Shown: in pieces, positions 19,678 to 30,262 of the stretch | Layout: each line of letters opens with the position of its first letter | Numbering within the stretch: the first letter of the stretch is position 1 | Assembly: GCA_943350875.1 (NCBI GenBank) | Contig: CALRAL010000001.1 | Span: 165,017-229,016, forward strand | Source: Candidatus Nomurabacteria bacterium | GTDB taxonomy: Bacteria; Patescibacteriota; Minisyncoccia; Phycocordibacterales; UBA9973 | Direction: 5' to 3' | Length of the DNA stretch: 64,000 nt | Translations under genes and position numbers: made by a program | Notes under the pieces: generated by a model | Seen by the model: the letters and a program-made list of their open reading frames with translations, nothing else | Told to the model about the DNA's origin: nothing | Database searches by the model: none

Positions 19678-20841
19678 TTATTTTACGATACGTTTTATGG
19701 TTGGATTTATACGATAATACCTTTTGATTATAGGGTTTATCCGAGTGACAATCTCATAATTAATAGTATCAGAGTCCTGAGCCATTATGTCTGCCTCCGC
19801 ATAATGTCCATGATTCCCTCCGATGATAGCTACTTCATCCCCGACTTTGGCGTTTACACTAGTTATATCCATCACTATCATATCCATAGATACTCGGCCT
19901 ATTAATTTCACTTTTTTACCATTTACATTAAAAACGCCTTTTCCAGAGAGAAGTCTAGGATACCCGTGCCAATAGCCTATGGGGATAATTGCGAGTTTTG
20001 AATCTCTTTTTAATTCTTCTGTCAGATCATAACCAATCCTTGTGCCTTTGGGTAAAGTTTTTATTTCCGTGATAATAGTTTTCCAAGAAAGCACTGGATA
20101 TAAACTATATTTTTTCTCCATGGCTATTTTTGTTTCCTTAGAAGACCAAAGTCCATACATACCAATGCCGACACGCACCATATCAAACTGAAATTCTGGA
20201 TAAAACATAGCAGCAGCAGATGCACAGATATGTTTTAATGGTTTGTAGCTAGCTTTTTTAAATTCTTTTTCCCATTGATTTAGTCTATTCACTTGTAGCT
20301 CTGTATATTTCCTGCCTTCTAATTCTTCTCCTAATGCTAAATGACTGTACAGTCCTTTCACTTCTATTTTTTTATTTTCCTTTAACAACGCCAAAACTTT
20401 TTTAATTTCATTCATCAAAAATCCTTGTCTGCCGAGCCCTGTGTCTGCTTTTATATGTATTTTAATTTTTTTATTAAATTTAGTTTTTACTAATGATCTC
20501 AGAGCATCCATATTTGAGATAGTTAGAGAAATATTTTTTTCGCTTGCCTCCTTGTAATATGCTGGAGAAACATAGCCAAAAACCATTATAGGTACTTTTA
20601 TACCTTCTTTTCTTAATTCTAATGCTTCTTCAAATGAATCAGTTCCCAAAAAACTGACTCCACATTTTACTACTTCTTTTGAAAACGGCACAAGTCCGTG
20701 TCCATAGGCATTTGATTTGACCACTGCCATCAAGATACAGTTTTTACCAATAACACTTTTGAAAGTCTCATAATTTTTTTTTATATTTTTACGATCAAGC
20801 TCTACCCAAGTTCGCAATTTTGTTTTTTCTGTTTGAGTCAT
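19678..20841 (-). CDS. alr: Alanine racemase
   Basis: AVVKSNAYGHG, KADTGLGRQG and GRVSMD motifs. Confidence 0.96.
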   Translation of the reverse strand: MTQTEKTKLRTWVELDRKNIKKNYETFKSVIGKNCILMAVVKSNAYGHGLVPFSKEVVKCGVSFLGTDSFEEALELRKEGIKVPIMVFGYVSPAYYKEASEKNISLTISNMDALRSLVKTKFNKKIKIHIKADTGLGRQGFLMNEIKKVLALLKENKKIEVKGLYSHLALGEELEGRKYTELQVNRLNQWEKEFKKASYKPLKHICASAAAMFYPEFQFDMVRVGIGMYGLWSSKETKIAMEKKYSLYPVLSWKTIITEIKTLPKGTRIGYDLTEELKRDSKLAIIPIGYWHGYPRLLSGKGVFNVNGKKVKLIGRVSMDMIVMDITSVNAKVGDEVAIIGGNHGHYAEADIMAQDSDTINYEIVTRINPIIKRYYRINPTIKRIVK

Positions 20842-20844
20842 TTT

Positions 20845-21813
20845 TTAATTTACACTAGTTTTTAATTTGTTTTCTCTTTCAGATCTCTCTATTGCAAGTT
20901 TGATTAATCTGTCCAAAAGTTTCGTGATTGGCACACCACTTGCTTCCCATAGTTTTGGATACATACTGATATTTGTAAAACCTGGAATTGTATTTATTTC
21001 ATTTACCAAAACTTTTCCATTTTTCTTAAGGAAGAAATCTACTCTACTCATACCTTCACAATTTAGAACTTTAAAGGTTTTAACAGCTAATTCTTGAATT
21101 ATTTTAGTTGTTTTTTTATCTATTTTTGCCGGTATTTCTGCTATGGATCCAGCATCTATATATTTTGCATTATAAGAATAAAACTCTTGATTGGCAATTA
21201 TTTCTCCAGGAATCGAAGCCATAGGGTTTTCATTACCCAAAACTGCACACTCTATCTCACGCCCATCGATGAATTCTTCAATAATTATTTTTGTATCATA
21301 TTGAAATGCTTCTTTGACAGCCTTTATAAACTCTTTTTCATTTTTTACCTTACTTATCCCAACAGATGAACCCATATTTGCTGGTTTTATAAAGAGTGAT
21401 AAACCCAACTCTTTTTTAACATTTGAAAAATTAATTTTATCTCCACTTCTTACCGTAATAAATTTACCAATGGGTATGTTTGAGTCTCTAAGAATTTTCT
21501 TAGTTATTTCCTTATCCATTCCCATGGCTGAGCCAAGTACACTTGGACCCACAAATGGTACACCCGCAAGCTTTAAAAGACCTTGCATGCTACCATCTTC
21601 ACCAAATGGTCCATGCATAATTGGAAAAACTATATCAAACTTTTTAATCTGTTCAAAATTGAATTTACCATCTTTATTTATCTTTATAGCAGTAACATTA
21701 TATTTATCTTTATCTAATGCATTGATGACATTTTTTGCAGACTGTAAAGATACTTCATGCTCTGCTGATTTACCCCCAAAAAGTACCCCTATTTTTAATC
21801 GTTTTTTTGCCAT
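20845..21813 (-). CDS. ddl: D-alanine--D-alanine ligase
   Basis: GGKSAEHEVS, HGPFGEDG, GSSVG and NEINTIPGFT motifs. Confidence 0.96.
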   Translation of the reverse strand: MAKKRLKIGVLFGGKSAEHEVSLQSAKNVINALDKDKYNVTAIKINKDGKFNFEQIKKFDIVFPIMHGPFGEDGSMQGLLKLAGVPFVGPSVLGSAMGMDKEITKKILRDSNIPIGKFITVRSGDKINFSNVKKELGLSLFIKPANMGSSVGISKVKNEKEFIKAVKEAFQYDTKIIIEEFIDGREIECAVLGNENPMASIPGEIIANQEFYSYNAKYIDAGSIAEIPAKIDKKTTKIIQELAVKTFKVLNCEGMSRVDFFLKKNGKVLVNEINTIPGFTNISMYPKLWEASGVPITKLLDRLIKLAIERSERENKLKTSVN

Positions 21814-21833
21814 TTTTAGAGTATAGCACTTTT

Positions 21834-22973
21834 TTATAGTAATTTTACAACGTCGTGATATGTAACAAAAAGCATTAGGATTATGAGAACTGCAAAACCT
21901 GCCATGTTGGCAATATTAGTCACTTTTGGATTCATCTTTGAGCCTTTGATTTTCTCAATCAAGAGGAAGAGCAATCTACCTCCATCAAGCGCAGGAAAAG
22001 GCAAAAGGTTGATTATTGCTAGATTCACGGATATTAGGCCCGCAAAAGAAAGCAAATAATTAAAGCCAAATTTATAGGCATCACCCACTACTCCCACCAT
22101 CCCTACAGGCCCTGTGACAGAAGAAAAGCTACCTTTGCCCATTATTGCCCCTTTTATGAGCCCAAAAAGGCCTGAAACAGTGTCTTTGGTCACAGACCAA
22201 TCAAGTTTAAGCCCTTCCCAAAAAGCCATGTAAAACGGCAGTTTTTCAATACCAATCTGATCCATAGATATGCCTATCATTAGCTCACCAGATTCGCTAG
22301 ATTTAGGTTTGATGTTGACTATATTTATGGGTTCTGTTATTTTTCCACGAACATAACCTATTTCTAATCCCCCGCCTGCATCAGCTATGCCTGAAGCATT
22401 GTGGGCAGGATCTTTTTTTGAGTTTGTGGCAAAAGATTTAATAGTTTCTGGACTAATAAAAGTTGTAAATTGATTTCCGCTTTTTAAGGAAACAATCTTG
22501 TCACCAGTTTTGAGACCAGCTACATCTGCAGGAGATTTGGGTAATACAGACACCACTACAGTATGTACATCTTTTAATTCATAGCCATTGGCTTCTTCAC
22601 CGACAGATGTCGGAAGCCCAGACATAAAACTAAAAGAAAAAATAATCCAAGCAAGCAAGAAATTTGCAAATACTCCAGTAAAGAGAACTATTGCTTGCTT
22701 CCAAGCTGGTTTGTTTATAAAACTTCGACTTGCGTCTGGACCAGAAATGCTTTCTTCGTCTGGAGTCTCACCGAAAATCTTTACAAAACCACCAAAAGGT
22801 AAAAGATTGAAAGTATATTCTGTTTCTCCTTTCTTAATGCCGAAAAGTTTAGGGGGGAAGCCAAAGCCGAATTCATCTACTCTGATTCCAAACTTCTTCG
22901 CGCTAAAAAAATGCCCAAATTCATGGACCAACACTAGCACCAGAAGTATGATTATAAATATAATAATAGACAT
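21834..22973 (-). CDS. rseP: RIP metalloprotease RseP (M50)
   Basis: HEFGH, PDZ domain and NLLPFPALDGG motif. Confidence 0.93.
   Translation of the reverse strand: MSIIIFIIILLVLVLVHEFGHFFSAKKFGIRVDEFGFGFPPKLFGIKKGETEYTFNLLPFGGFVKIFGETPDEESISGPDASRSFINKPAWKQAIVLFTGVFANFLLAWIIFSFSFMSGLPTSVGEEANGYELKDVHTVVVSVLPKSPADVAGLKTGDKIVSLKSGNQFTTFISPETIKSFATNSKKDPAHNASGIADAGGGLEIGYVRGKITEPINIVNIKPKSSESGELMIGISMDQIGIEKLPFYMAFWEGLKLDWSVTKDTVSGLFGLIKGAIMGKGSFSSVTGPVGMVGVVGDAYKFGFNYLLSFAGLISVNLAIINLLPFPALDGGRLLFLLIEKIKGSKMNPKVTNIANMAGFAVLIILMLFVTYHDVVKLL
22371..22409. repeat. 39-bp family A variant in frame in rseP (PAHNASGIADAGG)
   Basis: CCCGCCTGCATCAGCTATGCCTGAAGCATTGTGGGCAGG. Confidence 0.9.
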
Positions 22974-22976
22974 CTT

Positions 22977-23528
22977 TTAATTCATTACTTCTTTTTCTTT
23001 TTTCTCAAAAATACTTTCCAAGTTTTTATTTACTTCGTCGATTATTTTCTGTAAATCTTCTTTCGCTTTAAACTTTTCATCCTTTGTGATTTTACCTTCT
23101 TTTTCTAATTTCTGAACATCGTCCCAAATGCGTTCTCGTTCTCTACGGACAGTGATCCTTTGCTCTTCTAACTTCTCTTTTAAGACTTTTACGAGTTTTT
23201 GCCTCGTCTCTGTGGTGAGTTGAGGGAATATCACTCGAAGCCCTGATTCATCTGTAGCTAAAGATAAGCCTATATTTGAAGCTAAAATAGCTTTTTCAAT
23301 TACTTTCAATTGAGTCTTATCCCAAGGAGCAATACGCAAGGTCTTTGAGTCTTCGATGGAAATAGAGGCAACGTTCTTGATCGGCTGATAGGCACCATAT
23401 ATTTCTAAAGAGATATTGTCTAAAATCATCGGCGAAGCACGACCGACATTGAGCTGGTTGTATTCTTTACTCAAGAATTCTTCCACCTTTTTTATTTCTG
23501 TTTTAAAGTTTGAAAAGTTGTATTGCAT
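22977..23528 (-). CDS. frr: Ribosome recycling factor
   Basis: GRASP, IAPWD and PQLTTETR motifs. Confidence 0.94.
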   Translation of the reverse strand: MQYNFSNFKTEIKKVEEFLSKEYNQLNVGRASPMILDNISLEIYGAYQPIKNVASISIEDSKTLRIAPWDKTQLKVIEKAILASNIGLSLATDESGLRVIFPQLTTETRQKLVKVLKEKLEEQRITVRRERERIWDDVQKLEKEGKITKDEKFKAKEDLQKIIDEVNKNLESIFEKKEKEVMN

Positions 23529-23555
23529 ATTATGATTATACCAATAATTATAAAT

Positions 23556-24311
23556 TTATAAAATGGGGACAACTAAAGCCACTGATTCCATTAAGCTTTT
23601 TACTGAAGATCCTGGCTGACGCAAAAATTCTCTGATTTTGAAAAAATGTTTAAAATAAGTAATACCCATATGGAGGGTAGTCCTTGATATTTTATTGTGT
23701 AAAACGCATTCTAAACTGTTTAAAAAACTTATAGCTTTAGAACGAGAGGAATCTCTTTGGCTCTCTTTCCCGATCTCTATAAGGACTCCGACTTTGGTCG
23801 GAGCCTCTTCTTCAGCTAATAATTCTTTTATAAAATTAATTCTGTTCTGTAAAGACATCTTTATAAATTTTTCTGCCTCACCCTCCGCTAGGTCAGACCT
23901 AGCGGAAATAAAATGGAACCGAGATACAACAGTTTTCAAAAGTACATTTACATCAGGAATAATTATATAAAAAAGTGTATTTGGTACAGGGTCTTCAAAA
24001 AGTTTCAAAAGTGCTTGCTCTGCATCTAATGTAAAATTATTGGCACAAATTATAAATATCTTTTTATTTTCAGCCTCGCCCGTAAAGCTATGGCTTAGGG
24101 AAAATCCACTCTGATACGCCATGTCACGCACACTGAAAGCATCATCAATTTTAAAATTATCAATCACCAAATGACATACATCCGGATTATTTAAAACTTT
24201 TATTCCCAAACTTTCCACAAACTCAAAAATCTCAGGCACAACTTTCTCATGTTCGCCTTCTATTAGGTATGCGTGATGATTATTGTTATTTTCTAAATAT
24301 TCTTTTAACAT
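23556..24311 (-). CDS. Degenerate DNA polymerase III delta'-like protein
   Basis: HHAYLIEG, ALLKLFEDP and TVVSR motifs; carries four palindromic inserts. Confidence 0.7.
   Translation of the reverse strand: MLKEYLENNNNHHAYLIEGEHEKVVPEIFEFVESLGIKVLNNPDVCHLVIDNFKIDDAFSVRDMAYQSGFSLSHSFTGEAENKKIFIICANNFTLDAEQALLKLFEDPVPNTLFYIIIPDVNVLLKTVVSRFHFISARSDLAEGEAEKFIKMSLQNRINFIKELLAEEEAPTKVGVLIEIGKESQRDSSRSKAISFLNSLECVLHNKISRTTLHMGITYFKHFFKIREFLRQPGSSVKSLMESVALVVPIL
23668..23690. repeat. 23-bp REP-like element in frame (ISRTTLHM)
   Basis: Exact reverse complement of ATATCAAGGACTACCCTCCATAT at 36711-36733. Confidence 0.9.
23885..23905. repeat. RAYT-type REP copy in frame (SARSDLAE)
   Basis: CCGCTAGGTCAGACCTAGCGG; same stem as the REPs at 61292, 62190, 62891 and 63503. 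Confidence 0.92.
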
Positions 24312-25324
24312 TATTTCTTACTTAGGATAGCCTTTTTATACACATCCAGGTGTTCTAGCGCGATACCTGTACCATTTACCACACAGAAAAGAGGGTCATC
24401 GGCTAAAATAGCCTTCACTCCAGTCTTCCTGTACACCAAATCAGTCAGATTGCGGAGCATGGATGAGCCACCGGTCATGATTATCCCATGATCCATGATA
24501 TCAGAAGAGAGCTCAGGTGGAGTTTCTTGCAACACGTCTTTTATTGCTTTCACCATCATTTTTAATTCACCATCTATCGCTTTTACGATTTCGTTTGTGG
24601 AGATCTGTGCTGAACGCGGAAGCCCTTGGATAAAATCTCGCCCTTTTATCGTTGCATGAAGCTCTTCTTCAAGCGGTACAGCTGCGCCTATTTTTATTTT
24701 CACTTCTTCAGCTGTTCTGTCACCTATTGCAAGGTTAAAAGTCTTTTTTATATAGTCTGCTATGGCTTGATCTATCTTGTTTCCAGCGCATTTTACAGAA
24801 GTAGAAGCCACTATTCCACCCAATGAAATAACCGCCACATCCGTCGTACCACCACCGATATCCACTATCATATGCCCTCTAGCCTCGTAAATCGGTACTC
24901 CAGCGCCTATCGCCGCTAAAATGGGCTCTTTGACCACATAGGCGTTTTTAGCCCCTGCGCGGATAGCTGCCTCTACCACAGCTCGGCGTTCTGTCGAAGT
25001 TATGCCTGCTGGCACTGAAACCATGACATCGGGCTTGAAAATGTTAAATTTGCCCATTGCTTTATTTATGAAATATCGGAGCATGGCTTCGGTCACCCTA
25101 TGGTCTGCGATGACGCCATCTTTCATTGGACAATATGTGATGATGGATTCTGGGGTTTTACCTATCATGTCTTTGGCCTCAAAGCCGATAGCCATTATTT
25201 TGTTATCTTGTTCGGATACAGCTACCACCGAAGGCTCATTTAAAATGATGCCTTTTCCTGGTAAAAAGACGAGAGTATTGGCTGTACCTAGATCTATGCC
25301 TAATTTCTTTGAAAAGATTCCCAT
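24311..25324 (-). CDS. mreB: Rod shape-determining protein MreB
   Basis: GIDLGTANT, EPSVVA, DIGGGTT and ETPPEL motifs. Confidence 0.96.
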   Translation of the reverse strand: MGIFSKKLGIDLGTANTLVFLPGKGIILNEPSVVAVSEQDNKIMAIGFEAKDMIGKTPESIITYCPMKDGVIADHRVTEAMLRYFINKAMGKFNIFKPDVMVSVPAGITSTERRAVVEAAIRAGAKNAYVVKEPILAAIGAGVPIYEARGHMIVDIGGGTTDVAVISLGGIVASTSVKCAGNKIDQAIADYIKKTFNLAIGDRTAEEVKIKIGAAVPLEEELHATIKGRDFIQGLPRSAQISTNEIVKAIDGELKMMVKAIKDVLQETPPELSSDIMDHGIIMTGGSSMLRNLTDLVYRKTGVKAILADDPLFCVVNGTGIALEHLDVYKKAILSKK

Positions 25325-25445
25325 CCCGTACGAAATAGGAAATCGTTAGATTTCCGTACTTTATTTAAACTTTAATAATTTCGACTTCTCTCAATATAAT
25401 ATCTACCCGAAGAAACCTATTTTAACAGAAAGATTTCATACGGGA
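25324..25445. repeat. About 120-bp element with TCCCGTAYGAAAT inverted ends, abutting the mreB start
   Basis: TCCCGTACGAAAT / ATTTCATACGGGA; ends resemble the obgE and gatB inserts. Confidence 0.65.
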
Positions 25446-25486
25446 CCCATGAGTCAAATATATCACATTTATGCTAAAATAAAAGC

Positions 25487-25822
25487 ATGGATTCAGAAGA
25501 AGAAAATGACAAAAAAAACCATATAAAAAACCCATTTCAGGGCTATTTAGAAAACTTAAAAAAACACAAAGAGGCAGTAAACCCGGTGCATGAGATAGTG
25601 AACTGTTATTATAAAATGAATGGTTGGGAAAAGATGCCAAAAACTTTTTACACTGGCCGATATGCTTACAACAAGCTCGCCTTTGAGGCAAAAAAACTTT
25701 ACGAAGCTTGTGACAAAGAATTAGACGACTGTATCTGGGCACTCGATAAGATGAAATATTTAGCACAAAAAGGAAACTTCGATTGGTCTATCATCACGTG
25801 TTTGAAACATGAGTTGAAATAA
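25487..25822 (+). CDS. Hypothetical protein
   Basis: 111-aa ORF with TGCTAAAAT 6 nt before the ATG. Confidence 0.7.
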   Translation: MDSEEENDKKNHIKNPFQGYLENLKKHKEAVNPVHEIVNCYYKMNGWEKMPKTFYTGRYAYNKLAFEAKKLYEACDKELDDCIWALDKMKYLAQKGNFDWSIITCLKHELK

Positions 25823-25872
25823 AAAACCCATTTACGTTTTCACATAAAAGGGTCTATCAGATATTATTTCAT

Positions 25873-25965
25873 TCAGCCAAAAATAAAAATGGCCAAAAGA
25901 ATTAATGCAAACACCAATGCTAATGCTTGGACACCCGTCCAAGATTTTTTATTTTCTGTACTCAT
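25873..25965 (-). CDS. Putative small single-TM peptide (30 aa)
   Basis: MSTENKKSWTGVQALALVFALILLAIFIFG*. Confidence 0.4.
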   Translation of the reverse strand: MSTENKKSWTGVQALALVFALILLAIFIFG

Positions 25966-26025
25966 ATAAAGAGCTTTCTATTAAAAGTGAAACATACAAA
26001 TATCATAATACCATACTTAGTATTT

Positions 26026-26733
26026 TTACGCAACGATGACAGTGAACTCTCCTCGCACTTTGTCTTTATTTTTATCAAAGTATTCTAAAAGCTCTGCAGG
26101 TGAGCCGATTTTAAATTCTTCATAGATTTTAGTAAGTTCGCGAGCGATGCAGACTTTTTTATTGGGGCAAAATTTCTGCAAAGATTCTAAAGTTTTCAAA
26201 ATACGATGTGGAGATTCATAGAAAACCATTGTTCTCTTTGATTGCTCAATTTCTTTAAATAAAGTTTCTCTACCCTTTTTATGTGGCAAAAATCCAAGAA
26301 AAGTAAATTCATGAGTTGGGAGTCCTGAAGCAGAAAGCGCAGTGATGACTGCTGAAGCTCCAGGAATAGGGATAACTTGAATGTCAAAGACCGTCTTTGA
26401 CACAGGAGGTGTCAAGGACTGTCCTTGACATTCTTTTATCTGAGCCACCAGCATCGCTCCAGGATCAGAGATGCCTGGAGTGCCTGCATCTGAGACTAAA
26501 GCTAAATCTTTCCCTTTTTTTATTAATTCAAAAATTTTACCAGTTTTAGAAAGTTTGCTTTGAGCATGATAGCTCATAGTCGGTTTATTTATATTATATT
26601 TTTCTAAAATTTTTTTAGTCTCTCGAGTATCCTCGCATAATATCAAATCGACGTTCTTTAATGTCTCAATAGCTCGAAAACTAATGTCTCCCATATTTCC
26701 TATCGGCGTCGCCACTACGTAAAATTTGGACAT
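26026..26733 (-). CDS. rsmI: 16S rRNA C1402 2'-O-methyltransferase
   Basis: VATPIGN, CEDTR, SDAGTPGISDPG, YESPHR and RELTK motifs. Confidence 0.96.
   Translation of the reverse strand: MSKFYVVATPIGNMGDISFRAIETLKNVDLILCEDTRETKKILEKYNINKPTMSYHAQSKLSKTGKIFELIKKGKDLALVSDAGTPGISDPGAMLVAQIKECQGQSLTPPVSKTVFDIQVIPIPGASAVITALSASGLPTHEFTFLGFLPHKKGRETLFKEIEQSKRTMVFYESPHRILKTLESLQKFCPNKKVCIARELTKIYEEFKIGSPAELLEYFDKNKDKVRGEFTVIVA
26382..26430. repeat. REP doublet in frame in rsmI
   Basis: TGTCAAAGACCGTCTTTGACA-CAGGAGG-TGTCAAGGACTGTCCTTGACA; related hairpins at 29226-29265. Confidence 0.88.
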
Positions 26734-26741
26734 AAAATAAA

Positions 26742-27209
26742 TTAACTATTACGAGCTTTTTTAAACGTATGCAAATGCGAAGAAATGCCTATGCCTATGG
26801 CTATGATGAGGATGTTTTTTATGATGTATTGTCCTTCGAGTGTAGGAGTTAAGAATCCTTGCCAAGTGACAGAGGTCAGTAAAAACAACGGCATAACAGT
26901 CGTTATTAAATGTATTACCAAAAGTAAAATCGCCAACCGTTCTAATTTTGGGATTATAAAAATAATACCAATAAGCATCTCAAAAATACCAAAGAAAATT
27001 ATAAAAGTATTAAAAGACACTCCTGGCAAAGTCCTCTCTAGAAGCGATGCTACGAGCGGGTTCGCCGGACTCATGGATAAAACTTTCAACAATCCAAACC
27101 AAAAATAAACTAAAAAAATAGCAAATCTAGAAAATGGTACAGCCCAATGTTTGGTATGGTCTATTATTTCTTCATCTATTTTTTCTATTTCGTTTTCTAT
27201 TTTATTCAT
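26742..27209 (-). CDS. DoxX/DUF417-like membrane protein
   Basis: WFGLLK, G.FEMLIG and EGQYIIKN pattern; four TM segments. Confidence 0.65.
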   Translation of the reverse strand: MNKIENEIEKIDEEIIDHTKHWAVPFSRFAIFLVYFWFGLLKVLSMSPANPLVASLLERTLPGVSFNTFIIFFGIFEMLIGIIFIIPKLERLAILLLVIHLITTVMPLFLLTSVTWQGFLTPTLEGQYIIKNILIIAIGIGISSHLHTFKKARNS

Positions 27210-27214
27210 GATTT

Positions 27215-27661
27215 TTATTTCCTATATTTTTTTAATTTCCATTTATCTGCTACCTTGACTCTAGTCAGTGAGCGTTCGAGTTCTGTGGCAAAATGTTCAT
27301 AATCAACCACTTCTTTATTCTCTGCTTGTTTTCTTAATTCTTCTGCACGAGCTTTTGCTTTTTCAATACTTTCATCATTCATTTCAGACACATGTAGAGC
27401 GAAATCAGCCAAGATAGCGACATTTGTAACACCATCTTCGCCTTTTTTGACCTCTATAAAACCACCCACCACTGCCATAGGCACATATTCACCATTTACA
27501 AGTGACACGATGTCCCCAGAAGCAAGTTCTGCTATAAGTGGTATGTGATCAGGTAAAACTGTTATCTCACCTTGTTTTGTAGGCAAACTCACTTGATCTA
27601 CCATCTCATCAAGTAATAATTTTTCCGGTGTGACTATTTTAAGTTTTAGTTGTTTTGACAT
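27215..27661 (-). CDS. atpC: ATP synthase F1 epsilon subunit
   Basis: LKIVTPE, GEITVLPDHIP and GGF motifs; operon position. Confidence 0.93.
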   Translation of the reverse strand: MSKQLKLKIVTPEKLLLDEMVDQVSLPTKQGEITVLPDHIPLIAELASGDIVSLVNGEYVPMAVVGGFIEVKKGEDGVTNVAILADFALHVSEMNDESIEKAKARAEELRKQAENKEVVDYEHFATELERSLTRVKVADKWKLKKYRK

Positions 27662-27670
27662 ATGTATTCA

Positions 27671-27825
27671 CTTTGAGAGTTAAATAGTTCTTGAGAAAAG
27701 CCTTGCGCAGAAGTTTAGAAAATAAAAATGGTATTCCATTTATTATTTTCTTGAACGACGAGCAGTTCGCTGGCAAGCTTCGCCAGATAGATTGCTTTTT
27801 GAAAGAAGCTATTTAATTTTCAAAG
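27671..27825. repeat. About 155-bp cruciform/MITE-like element between atpD and atpC
   Basis: Imperfect terminal inverted repeat CTTTGAGAGTTAAATAG / CTATTTAATTTTCAAAG with inner hairpins. Confidence 0.65.
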
Positions 27826-27836
27826 ACTATTTAATT

Positions 27837-29265
<1,429 letters not shown>

Positions 29266-29270
29266 TAAGC

Positions 29271-30170
29271 CTAGCTCATACTTGCCATGCCGGCACTTAT
29301 TTCTGATATTTCTCTGGTGATGCCTGACTGGCGAACTTTGTTAAATACTAATGTCAGATCATCTATCATCTCTGTACTTGCCTCACTTGCATTCTTCATC
29401 GCCATCATTCTGGCTGACTGTTCACTCGCATTTGATTCTAGCATCATCTGATATATCTGAGTTCTGACTATTTTCTCTGCAAGTGATTCTATTAAAACAT
29501 TCATATCCCCTTCAAATAAATATTCTACATCACCACCCCCAGCCCCCTCCTCCTCAAGGCGGGGATTAATTTCTTCAATTAATTCCTTTAAAGCATCTTT
29601 TGAAACAGGGATAACTTGGCGAATGTTCGGCTTTTGAGTCAGAGCAGAAACGAAATCAGTATAAGCCACTAATACTTTATCATAATTACCTAAATTATAT
29701 TCATCAGTTGAAAGTTTTGAAATCGGTATTATATCTCCGATAGAAATGTTATCTGGAATCTCATTAAAGCTTGCAATAACTTTTTTACCAATCCTTCGCA
29801 TTAAAATATCACCTTTTTTGCCGACAGTGATTACATCAATATTTGGATACACATTTTGTTTAAAAATTAAAAGTACCTTTTTTGCCACTTGAGCATTATA
29901 AGCTCCGCAAAGTCCACGATTGGAAGTGACGAAAATAAGTAAAACATTTTTTACTTCTCTCTCTATGAAAAGCGGACTGGTTATCTTCTCTGTATTCTTG
30001 GCAATTGAAGTCAAAATCTCCCAAGAATATTCCGCGTACAAACGCGAAGCCAACGTACTCGATACTGCGCGTTTCATCTTGCTTGCAGCCACGAGCTCCA
30101 TGGCCTTGGTTATCTTCTTCGTGCTCTTGATCGATTTGATTCTACTTTTTATCTCTTTTGAATTTAACAT
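29271..30170 (-). CDS. atpG: ATP synthase F1 gamma subunit
   Basis: KITKAMELVAASK, RGLCGAYN and RQSGITREISEI motifs; GC-rich insert at 29531-29566. Confidence 0.96.
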   Translation of the reverse strand: MLNSKEIKSRIKSIKSTKKITKAMELVAASKMKRAVSSTLASRLYAEYSWEILTSIAKNTEKITSPLFIEREVKNVLLIFVTSNRGLCGAYNAQVAKKVLLIFKQNVYPNIDVITVGKKGDILMRRIGKKVIASFNEIPDNISIGDIIPISKLSTDEYNLGNYDKVLVAYTDFVSALTQKPNIRQVIPVSKDALKELIEEINPRLEEEGAGGGDVEYLFEGDMNVLIESLAEKIVRTQIYQMMLESNASEQSARMMAMKNASEASTEMIDDLTLVFNKVRQSGITREISEISAGMASMS

Positions 30171-30252
30171 ACATTTTTCTCTTTATTCCCCGCCTGCAAC
30201 GCTATGCGTAGCATTGCGGGCAGGTTCTTTTAATTTCTTTCGTTGATGCCAT
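30171..30252 (-). pseudogene. Interrupted remnant of an earlier atpG 5' end
   Basis: ATG at 30252 reads MASTKEIKR, then the family A element introduces TAG; removing 30189-30224 gives MASTKEIKRRIK. Confidence 0.75.
30189..30224. repeat. 36-bp family A element
   Basis: CCCGCCTGCAACGCTATGCGTAGCATTGCGGGCAGG. Confidence 0.95.
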
Positions 30253-30262
30253 AAATAATTTT

